NCBI GenBank assembly: GCA_002633005.1
Contig: NMRA01000058.1
Span: 696,735-760,734 of the forward strand
Direction of reading: 5' to 3'
DNA length: 64,000 nucleotides
Source: Phoronis australis
Lineage: Eukaryota; Animalia; Phoronida
Part shown: positions 27,201-39,200 of the stretch, piece by piece
Position numbering within the stretch: the first letter of the stretch is position 1
How the letters are laid out: each line of letters starts with the position of its first letter
Notes under the pieces: model-generated
Databases searched by the model: none
What the model was told of the DNA's origin: nothing
Seen by the model: only the letters and a program-made list of their open reading frames with translations
Translations under genes and position numbers: made by a program

Positions 27201-30200
27201 GGCCCACCCAATATTGAAAAATGTGCTACAAAAACCAAAATTCTGGCCTCCCAGAAGACGGACGTAGTTTAAACTGCTGCGCAGCGGTGTCTTTGCTGAC
27301 AACATATACTTCACAGAACTAACCACCAAGTTAATTATTTTCAATCCGTAATATGATCAGTTGTCTGCCGAACACAAAACGTGACTTCAAAAGCAAATAG
27401 GCCTAGCATAGGCCTAACGATCAGCGACTTTTGTGCCAGACTGCACCTCCAGTGAGCAGGTAGTGGATTAGGCCTATAGGTTCCACTGGGCCTTTGTTTA
27501 AATTCAATTGACTATAACTAGTTGTTCCAGATGAATTAGATAGATAATTGAGAGATTATTTTCACGCCGCGTTACACCATAAATAGACTCGCAGGGCCCA
27601 GTCTGCCGCTTGAGTGAGATCGGTGATTAGGCTGTCCACAACTGACCACTTGGCCTTTATTCAGTTTCAATGGGCTATGGCCAGTTGCTGCTAAGCGTGA
27701 TTTGAACCAGTGAAGACCTTATTAATCACAAGGATGCCTTTTTTACAAAGTAGTCCCTATATTTTTAAACTGGTCGCGGGATTTTTAAACAGGACGCGGG
27801 ACATTTAAACAGGACACGCGTTCAGCCAAACAGGACGCTGCAACACGTTAAAAGTGGTCGTGGAGAACACTGGATTTTATGATGTACCTGAAGAATTATT
27901 ATTTTGAGAGAGGCTTTTAACATCGCAAATGGTAAACATATAAGGATGCTCATTTTTAAAATACTTTTGAAATATTTGAGAAATTGGTACCGTTGTGATG
28001 CACACACTGCCTGCCCTACTTTGCTCTTGTTTATATATGTCTCTTGTGTTGCAGTGAATTATTCAAGGCACTTAAGGAATTCCATGACCCTGCATCATTT
28101 GTTTTGAATTTTCAACTTGTTAATGATACACTTTGAATGATTGTTAAGCGATTTGTCTCATGGCAATACAGTAATGATACCAAAGTGACAATTGATTCTG
28201 AATTTTTAAAACATTCAAACAAATGTTGACAGTACATGCAATGGTCTGTTTGGTGTTTTTTCCCATAGTGCTGAAAGGTTTTTTGCAGATATCCTAATGG
28301 GCTGGCCTACTTGTGCTTGTATTTAGGCCCTTGTGAAGCTACGCATAAACAAATTTAATAAAATGCGGTGTATGAGTTGCCAACGTTATTCAGGAATATG
28401 ACCTTATGTTAGAAGTTGTTGCATTTTTATGCGCCCACATATTTATATGTGGACGCATTATGCCGTCATCTCTGTCCGTCCGTCCGTCCGNNNNNNNNNN
28501 NNNNNNNNNNNNNNNNNNNNNNNNNNNNNNNNNNNNNNNNNNNNNNNNNNNNNNNNNNNNNNNNNNNNNNNNNNNNNNNNNNNNNNNNNNNNNNNNNNNN
28601 NNNNNNNNNNNNNNNNNNNNNNNNNNNNNNNNNNNNNNNNNNNNNNNNNNNNNNNNNNNNNNNNNNNNNNNNNNNNNNNNNNNNNNNNNNNNNNNNNNNN
28701 NNNNNNNNNNNNNNNNNNNNNNNNNNNNNNNNNNNNNNNNNNNNNNNNNNNNNNNNNNNNNNNNNNNNNNNNNNNNNNNNNNNNNNNNNNNNNNNNNNNN
28801 NNNNNNNNNNNNNNNNNNNNNNNNNNNNNNNNNNNNNNNNNNNNNNNNNNNNNNNNNNNNNNNNNNNNNNNNNNNNNNNNNNNNNNNNNNNNNNNNNNNN
28901 NNNNNNNNNNNNNNNNNNNNNNNNNNNNNNNNNNNNNNNNNNNNNNNNNNNNNNNNNNNNNNNNNNNNNNNNNNNNNNNNNNNNNNNNNNNNNNNNNNNN
29001 NNNNNNNNNNNNNNNNNNNNNNNNNNNNNNNNNNNNNNNNNNNNNNNNNNNNNNNNNNNNNNNNNNNNNNNNNNNNNNNNNNNNNNNNNNNNNNNNNNNN
29101 NNNNNNNNNNNNNNNNNNNNNNNNNNNNNNNTATTTTACATTGACCTCTGTATTTTCATAGGTCTTCAGGTGTATACTTTGTGTTACTTCGTGACTATGA
29201 AGGAAAAGTTCCAAGTAGAAATTTGTTTCTGGCATTCTAATGCTGTGCTAATCTCGTATGTTGGTAAATTTGGTTTTAATTCTATGTTTCTGTGGTGCTT
29301 TAAGCAACTGGTGTATAGGATGTGCTTGTATTATGAAGATTACTCACATTTTGCCCCTAGCCTATTGAGGAGACAATGACCATGCCTTTCCATTTTGCTA
29401 AGTACAACATACTACATATATGCCCTCTACTGGCCACTTTATGGTACCAATAAACAACCCTAAAAGGATACCGTATGCGGTGCAATTGTGGGCGCATTTC
29501 AACGCTCTGCGTTGCTCTTGTTAAATGTTCCCAAGAGAATATTGTTTCGCCAAAACACTCTGGGTTTTATTAACAAGTGTTGGTCGGTATGGAACAAAGA
29601 GACTCATCTCTACACTGGTGTTTCTTGTCACAATGATATGCACAATAATACAGTGCCAACGAAGAAGCTGAATAGTTCATCAATTGTAACAGAGCTATCT
29701 TTGCAGTAATTCAAAACATTTAAAAAGTAGACCAAGGAATTTTATTCCATGAAATGCACTTACATACTTAAGTCAGAAATTTGGTCACGTGCTACTCTCA
29801 ACTATGTCTGAAAAATAAATAAATCTCACTTCAGTAAAAATTCTAATTACTGAGATCATTTCTATAAATTATGTCTAGGTTGTCATGTGCTATTAATTAC
29901 TCAGTTAAAGTTTCATATAAATTGTGAAGTGAGAACGCAAGACCAAATTTTTTACTAAGTCTTATGTCACTTTCTAAGAAACGGGCCCACTATTTTCCAC
30001 TTGGAGATAAATGATTGTTGTGACGTCAGACTTCCTCTGAGGAACAATAACTGTTGTTTGTGGTATTTTCAAAATATTTAAAGAAGATAAATTGTGAAAC
30101 ATGCCAAAATGTGTTTTTAATTACTTAGATAAAAATAAATCCATTGGTAATTATCTGAAAGAAAACATTAATGTCTCATTAATTTAGTTAATGTGCTACT

Positions 30201-33200
30201 GTGGAATTACAATGAATTACTTGTCACAACCAAAGCTTGAAAAATAGTGTCTCCATGATCAGCTGGTGATTCGGTTAAAAACAAAAGTTGAATTTTGAAG
30301 AGGTTTTGAATTGTAAACTGCAGCAGACAAGATAGAGGTCATGTAAAGCTCTGTTTATGCACTCTGATTTGTGCATACAATATTGTATACGGCAATTGGA
30401 CTATGTAGACAGTGGTCTGGTTGTCGTATACAACTTTTCCGAAAGTTAGATTAAAATTGGCTTTCTCTTTTTCAGCCTTCAAATCGTTTTTGACTTTTTA
30501 GCTGGAGTTCTGTCTACTCTGATAATCCTATATGACAGTTCTTTTCAAAGTCTACCTGTAATAGAACAGCTGTTTATGAAGTTGTGTATGACTGATGGGA
30601 GGGTGTAGACAAGTGTTGCAGTGTTACCCTAAAAACTCACCAATTCAGGCCAACAAGTGAAATTTTATTGTTTCTCTTTTTCATAAAAGATATGGAGCAT
30701 AAAATAAATGTTTTAATATTTTAAACATCTCTGCCACCAGACAATAATGCTGAGAAATGGTGGCCCCTCATAGAGCTCTATGTTAGATGCCTTCTGGAAA
30801 ATGACTAATTTTGGCAATTACAACTTTGGAATTGGTGCGATTTCACAATACGTCATGTTTGGTCTTATCTAGACCTTAGATAACTCAGGCTCTCTGTAGT
30901 TAAATTCTGGTATTAAACGCAGCGCCCAACGCTAAGGTATTGACGCAGCACTGTGCTCCCAAACACGCACCCCAGGCGATTTCTTTTAAAACTTACCGAT
31001 CAAGTTAACGGTTTGTCACCCTGATTTTGGAAGAAAAAACAATTGCCACTTACAGCTTTCTATTACCATCCCAGTATTCTGGCTGTTAGGTGAAAGAAAG
31101 AAATGTTAAAAATCTGTAAACAAAAACCCACTGGAGCATTCAGGAATGCCTTTTTACCAAGCTAACTTGGTGGCGACCGCGGAGCAGTTATTTTGCTTTT
31201 TTCTCCGCCTTCCCCTTGCATTTTAGTGACACATCGGTAAACCCGCCGCGGTGAAAAATAATCTAGATCGGACTGTGGCATTATTCGCGCGCACAAGTTT
31301 TACGAGTGCGCCTCGCAAATATTAGGCCTGTTCTGTCGCGATGTATCGCTGTCGCTTTAATGTTCAACTTCAAACAATAGAAAAGAGTTCAGATATGCTG
31401 CGGAGCGGGATGCATAATAACCTGTTAATACACAAAATGTTCGTGCTAATATATCGGTATGGGTGTTTTCAGTGTGCCGCAGCGTGAATGGAACTCGTGC
31501 GGTGATTGCTGTTTACTAAACTCAAAAGTACGCTGTATCCAATGTGTGCGCTGCCTTTTACCAAAGCTGTTTTGTCAACCTTTGCAACTGTGAAGAAATC
31601 ACAAGATGTCACTGAGAATGCAATAAACTTTTATTATACAAAAACTGCAAGAGACATCACTGACAATACCACCGCACTTATACGTTACAACAGGGAAACT
31701 CACATTTGAGGCCAGGTATCGGAATGGACTGTGTGTTGACCTGCCTCTCAGATCTTAGAAGGCAATCCTCAAGATGCAAACACTGTCAAAGTAGTTATGG
31801 CTGATGGGTGAATTGTTGGACTGGTTCCGAGAGTACTATGCAAATTATTTCGTACACATAGTGTGGCAGAAACTATTGCTGTGTTCTTGGGCACGTTGCA
31901 TCACTGCGGCTCAAGTTGTGGGCGGGGTGGAATTAAGCTAGACGCAGCTTACTTTATAAACTTTCATGATCAAAGTGATTTTGTTCAATTTTCACATGAC
32001 ATTCGAGCTTCATAAAGCTCCGTTAGTTATGACATTTTGCAGCGTGCTAATATATTTGAAAACATCTGATTTTTTAGCAACATTCTCTTGAAATAACCCT
32101 TTCAAAGTCGAAATCGTGTTTCTTTTTGAGCCGTGGGAAACTTAGTGGTTGTTGGGCTTCTCTGATAAACCGAACTGAGCTCCGTGCTCGAATGAACGCC
32201 CCGCACACTTGCCCAGTTCGGCTGAAACTTAGACGTAAGCGCCCACCTCTTGGGCAATCGCCCACCCCCCATTTTCAGGCTATTGTTCATTTTAAGCGTC
32301 CACTGCTTGGGTAATCGCCCACCCCCCTGCCAAAGGTTTTCCCTATTTAAGTGCCCGGGGCATTAACCCGCGAGTGTACGATAAATACTCTTGTCATTTA
32401 TCGAGAGGGATTTAGCTCAACCAGCAGAGCATTTGGCTACAACCATCAGGGTTCCAGATTTGATTCCAGTCACTTAATACCATATTCGTTCGGGTTAACG
32501 CCCATGCTCAGTTAACCACCCATCCCCGACTTTAAGTGGATTTTCGATTTAACCGCCCACTGCTCGGTTAACCGCCCTCCCCCGATTTTTTGGATTAGCC
32601 AATTTAACCGCCCAGGGCGTTAACCCGAATGATTACGGTAAGTGTCAATTTCAATAATAGCTTAGACGTTTTTATTGTACTGTTGAAGACAATATACAAT
32701 ATCCTTGTGATGACCATAACCCATCGTAAGTACACTGCACTTGAAAACTGCTTTGAGAATCGTTTCTATGAATCAGATTACGGATGTTCGGTAGCACAGA
32801 CAGTGAGCGCTTAATTATATGTTCATGTAGGACCGTAGAAACTTTCCAAATTTGGCTAACTTCAGATCATCGTATCTCAGAAATGGCAGATTGGATTCAA
32901 ATGAAACTTTCAGTTACTATGCTTTATTCACTGTTCTCCAAAACCCTGCTTGGAATTGTTTTCAAATGCTTTACTTTTCATGAGGGGCTGTAAAAATGCA
33001 ACATCATCTGGGCACCCAACTGAAATGAACTTAGATGTGCTCATTTGTAAAACTGCGCTTTGCCCAATTACTATATATGTCCAGGTTAACACCCTTACTC
33101 AGTAGATGACAACTTCTTTCAGATATTCTGATTGAGGAGCATCATGTGTCAATGTTCCGTGTGTTCATATCTAAGACTCCCCCTACACTCTGCCTACTTG

Positions 33201-36200
33201 CACACTAACAAATTGTTGGCATACAGGAAAACGTTGGTGTTTTCGACTACAGTTAACTTTTGTTGTAACTTCCGGTCACCCACCAGATTTCGCGTAATTC
33301 TGACAGGTGAATACTCATTAAATAAGACAGAGATGATGAATCAGTTTTAAATGGTGGTTTGAGTGATTACTTCAGAGAATGACCCAGGATCAAACATAGA
33401 TTATTAATCTATGCTTGATTGATTCCCTTGATTCCCTTAATTAAAAGCAACGGTCTAAGACATACTAACTGGAGCAAATGTCATTTTCAATAGCTGTTTG
33501 GAAGTACTCTAAACAGTCATGCTTGAATAATTTCAGCAGCAACCGTAGCCTTTCAGTTAGCCAAAAATCATTTTTATCCCCAGACAGCGGAGAGAGGTCT
33601 ATCCTCTCTTTTTCTGAGTGCTAAGCTGTCCCAACATGGAAGCCCCGCTTTTTAAAGATGAGCCCTTTATGGAACCCCAAATCCTGCTTCTTCTCCTTAA
33701 AAAAGATCCGACAGTCCTGTAAAAAATCATTGTGCGCGGAATTTGTAGACCACGAGCCTTGGCGCCATGTCGGTATTTAGCCATGACTATACACTTCAAA
33801 CTTCCGCCGCGCTTCAAGAAGAATGCACAAGTTTTGCTGATCTTGCGAGGAACATGTCCCTTTATGGTCTGGCCTCTCAGAACAGATGCAGCATACTTGT
33901 CAAAGGGATTGTATTGTATCTTCTCTCTCAAAAGGAATCCAAATTACTTTGTACACGTGAAAACCGCGAATCAAAGTCTAATAAAAACTTGACCGATGTT
34001 AAAAGCATGTGGCGAGGAAGCGCGCGTCACATACCTGTCATCGAAGACATTAGTCGTTGGGAACTATCCATTCATGACACTGGTAACATGGCATCGTCAA
34101 GAAGTAAATATTGGCACTAGTTTTCGAAAGTTTCTAATACCATCAAAACGTTTGCGTTATTTTCAAGAGGAATTATTTAATCAATCATAATTGGTGTTTT
34201 TTAAAGTCAAAATAACCCACTTATCGTCCGCACCCTTACACCCCTCGAATCTCCCGGAAAATAACTGTTAGACTGTCACGCTTCCAGTCACCCGGCGACT
34301 CACCGAGACAATTCTCAAATGTTTTTCGCAGATGAGATCAACAAGTGCTGAATAAAACACGTTCTGCTTTACTGTTTGTGTTAATTTCTTTAGTTACAAT
34401 ACACACCTAGATCGTTACATTGCCTTTACTCTGACAAATGAACTCTGATGACACACATGCCCTCGGTCACTTACACACACGTAGACGAACTTCAAAACAA
34501 ACGTCACATGACAAGAACGTGTGTTCGTCCAGAAATTTTCTCGTTTTGCGGGGAACGATCTAGTGCAGGTTTGGACTTATATGCTGTTAATCCCGACTCC
34601 ATAGGAACTTAAAATCTTAGGGACGTTATTTGGAAAACTTAAAGAGGACTTCAGGTAACTTGTTGAGTCAAAACTGTATTTTTATTCAAGAATTCAAGTT
34701 GCCCTAATGCTGATCGCGAGGTAGCGGCGCGTAAGTCGGCGATTTTTTGCCCTGGGATTTCAGCACAATTTTCTGAAAAATGATTGTAATTTAACCACAA
34801 AGTTTGATAGCAGTGCACCACAATTTTGTAGAAAGTCTGTCATAGGTTACAGATACGTCACAAAGCGTACATTTGATGAATCCTAGCTTAAGATTTTACC
34901 CTGTTCGGAAACCAGGTTTCAACTGCTTGAGGCCTTAAGCGCCCCCCTCCTGAAACGAATTTTTCTAAGCGCCCTGGGCGATTATTAGGGTGAATACGGT
35001 GTGTCTGTTTTTCAGAAACTTGCCAAATTGTTGCAAACTCAAAATTTTACCAAATGTTTGCTAATACTAGTAGCTATGCCATACAAACCATTCTAAAATC
35101 AAAGTAAATTTACCTGTTGAGAGATTTGACGAAATGAAATTTCACCTGTCCGCCGTTTAGTGCCCCAACCTAAAAAATTTTTACCTGCCATATTTCTTTA
35201 TTTCAAATTTTTGTCTGTATCTCTTGTGGTTTAATTCAATTGAGGGGATTCTATTGCAAAATGTCTGGTGCAATATGTTTAGAGTCTGAAGATGTCACTC
35301 CACATTGAAGAGAAACAAGGATGTGGTTGAAGTGAGGAGGACTCGAATGATGACGACTTAATAATTTGATAACGACTAAGGGTAACGACGATGACATTAG
35401 TTAAGAAACGTACTGTAATGCTGTACTTTGAATTGTCATTTAACAAAAGAGCAGGAACTTATCTTCCAATCAAAGTTTGTCGTCAAAAATCTCATCTTGG
35501 GATCAGTAGATAGTAGCAGATGTACACTTGTTGTAGTGTTTGGGAGGGCCAATCTACTAATAAAATAATCACTGCTGGGGCATGAGGAAGGCACTGCTGA
35601 TCTATGACTCCACAGAACAAAGGAAATCTCTGCCATGATGCCTTCCAAGAACAACACTTCCAGTGATGACCTCCATCTGGGACTTCACTCCCAGTTTTCA
35701 CCTGAAGTGAATTGTGCTCTTGCTTATTTATGTAGGACCCTAGAAAGTTGTCAGTTTTGGCCTATTTTGGAACATCTTATCTCAGAAGTGGCTGAAGGGA
35801 TTTACAGGGAACTTTCAGATGTGTTCCATGCACTGTTGTCTCTAAAATGCTGTTGGGAATTGTTTAATATGTTCCACTGTTGCATGAGGGATTGTCAAAA
35901 AATAGGACTTATATGATTTTTGTGGAAAAAAACACGCATAAAACAAAACATTATTTAGAAAACTGTAACAGCGATTTTCAGGTTTTATTTTTAACATTTA
36001 TATCATAAAATTTAGTCCCGTAATTGATCCTGTTGTTTTGCTATGAATGTGCCTTTCTTTTTTCCTAAATTTTACTAAAAAAAGCATCGCCATGTGAGCT
36101 TATTAATGACAGATTGGTATTAAGTCGACTATTAAACTCTGTTGAATTTCTTCTTTCAGAAAATATCTACTTTTGCTGCTTTATTAGTTCTATAGTTTTG

Positions 36201-39200
36201 TTGACATTGGCTATATGTACAGGTTTGTAAATATGGTCCTACATATCCTTCAGGGCTTTGAATTTTCCGCGGAAACGCGGATTTCCGCTTTTTTCAAATG
36301 TGCTTTCTGCTTTTTTTATAATATTTCCGCGTAAAAAAATCGGATTTGATATGAAATTTCCGCGGCAAATTCCTTTCTTACTGCGGCGTTGCAGACGACG
36401 TTCACCTCGAAAAGCGGAAGTTGCTCTTTATGTTTCGGAGGAACGTAAATTGTCAACCTTGCCGGGGCATCTGGGACAGCGTGGTGGGATTTTCAATGGC
36501 GTCTCGTGTTATTGTTAAGCGCGGCGACAAATACTACCGCTCTGCAGCCAAAAATGTGTGGGTTGGGAGTGGAGGGGCGAGGGAAAAGGACGCAGACGCA
36601 TGCTACTGATGGTGGTAACGTTTTTTGTTTTTTTTCAGTCCTCGTCGGGGGAAGGAAGGTTCACATTATTGACCATTTCATATCGGGCATGATTTGGGCC
36701 GTAAAAGTTTCAAAGTTTCCACGTTTTTTGTCATTAGTCATTCCAAGCCCTGATCCTTTAAACTACATGTACTGCTTCATATTTCAGCCCTCGTTGGTTC
36801 AGGCTTGTTTTCATCATGACCCCGATGAGGTTCGCTCGTTGCTTTTCAAAAAGGAGGACGTGAACTTCCAGGACACCGAGAAACGTAGCCCGCTTCACGC
36901 TGCCGCCTTCTGCGGCGAGGCGGAGATTGCTGACTTGCTAATTCTAAGCGGAGCACGTGTCAACACCAAAGACAATCGATGGTTGACCCCACTGCACCGA
37001 GCCTGCTGTTCAAAGAGTGAGGTGAGTTATTATAATCTTTATAATCTTCCCATTACTGGAGATTAGGGGCAAAGACACATTGAAAGAAATTAGCTATAAT
37101 GGTATAAAGTCTTCAGTTTATGGCAAAATATTGCGCACAAGTGGATTTTCATATCAAATTTCTTGAATCCACAATAGACCATGTGCTGGACTGGGGTCTA
37201 ATCCTTTTACTCCAAATTGAAATCAAAAATGTTTTTAGCATTTTTTGGTCTACAAAGTTGTCTATAATTGTGTTCTCAAGTATGTTATGGTTTACTTGGA
37301 TGATTATGCAATCCCAGTTTGCACTTGATGACTCCGACTTTAAAGCTTTAAGTTCAAGTCTGAATTCGAAATCTAATGGTAATGTAGGGGTCGTCAAGTA
37401 CGATCTTGGACTGAACACTGCTTAAGCCATAGTGTTATCATGCTCAGAATAGTGAATAGTTGTCTGGACTTTGTATACAAGTAGAACAGAAAATATCAAA
37501 AATGTTGCCAATTTTGAGTAATAAAAGAGATTAGGCCTCGCCCAAGCCCACCATCAGCAAACTTTACTCAAGACTAGACTTGAAAATTGACCTGTCACAT
37601 TGCATGAAATTGAAAACGATACTCGAATTAAGACACGTGATTCGGGGTATAATCTTTGTACTCAGTATCAAACCTGATTGTTTTAAATACATTCTCTGTT
37701 CTACTTTGCTACAAACTCGCGATAAATGTCAATCATTATGTGCTCGAGTATGTCATGGTTTATGTGGGTTACTTTGTAATTCTAGTGTTCCTTTGAGGAC
37801 CCTGCTGAAAGCTATAACTTGAAGTTCAAACTCAAATTTTGAGTTTTTACTCGAAATCTCAAGTTTTTACTGAAGTTTGTAACTTTTAGGGTGGCAAAAG
37901 GTGCGAAGGTGAACTAGAAACTCGTCTGTGTGAGCCATAATGTACTGGAGTAAAGAATATACACTTATCTTAGTTGTGAAGCTGAATGGAAAATGTCTTG
38001 AGTACAAAGACTACACCTGGTGTTTAGGTGTCAATACATCATCTGTGTTGCTATTCACATTTAGTGTTTGTATCATCCTTACTGTGTGTGCACATGTACT
38101 GCATTGCATGTACTATTCGCATACAACTCTTTTTCATCATTGTCAGGACACTGTTGAAGTATTGTTGCGGCACCAGGCGGACATCAACGCACGTGACAAG
38201 AACTGGCAGACCCCGCTCCACGTGGCAGCCGCCAACAACGCCATCAAGTGTGCGGAGTACATCATCCCTCTTCTGGCCAACGTGAACGTGTCGGATCGTG
38301 CAGGTCGCACAAGCCTGCACCATGCTGCGTTCAACGGACATTTAGATGTAAATGTTCTACTCTTTTATGAATTTCTTAGAAACTGACAGTGTTATTCTCA
38401 ATGTTGTGCAGCAGTTTTTCACTGGCATGAGTGGTGCCAAATTGAGAATATTTAACTTGATTGAACAGCATCCCTTGCAAGGCAATTTTTAGTGAAGTGC
38501 TCAATAGTTAAGATTTCAGAATGTTAGGGTGGTGATTCCTAAAAATGTAATGCCAGTTTTTACTCTATTTGATTTTTTAAGAACTGTCCACATATTCTGT
38601 GTGCATGCATGTGTGTTTATTTGTGTTCATGTAAACATGCAGGTTCTGACATATGGATGTGAAAAGATTAGTTCCCATGTTCTCATCTGATCACATGTTG
38701 TCTCACTTGCTCATGTGAACCTGCATGCTTTGATGTGCTCATGTGAACATGTTCTGGCAATTCATGTGTACATATATTTAGCTTGTGTTCCTGTGAACAC
38801 AGTTTGCTCTTTCACTGCATTACATGCCTTTTTAATCATCCGGGTCTTTTTCAAATCCTCAGATGTGCAAGCTACTCCTGGACAAGGGTGCCTCGATCAA
38901 TGCATTTGACAAGAAGGATCGACGGGCCATACACTGGGCAGCCTTCATGGGTCACGTCGAGGTGGTGAAGCTTCTGGTGCAACACGGTGCAGAACTCAAC
39001 TGTCGTGACAAGCAGGTACTTTATCCAAGTTTTATGGCTTTATCCCCAACTCAGTAGTGCTTGGGAACAGTGACTTGTATGAAATCAGGCTTAAGCCATT
39101 ATATTCTTAAAAAGGAANTTCAAGATTTACTGATAGCTAAGGTCCGACACTGGTGCGTTTCTCATGCAATAATTGTCCCTGGGTTCAAGAACAGGCTCTT

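Noticed and set aside
28390-29379. Long ORFs of 242-316 aa in the ORF track
   Set aside because: Artefacts of translating the N gap (28491-29131) inside a HINE copy
36243-36787. U12-type intron (ATATCCTT at 36243, TCCTTTAAAC near 36754)
   Set aside because: ATATCCTT recurs elsewhere by chance, no upstream exon fits, and the acceptor is a normal TTTCAG
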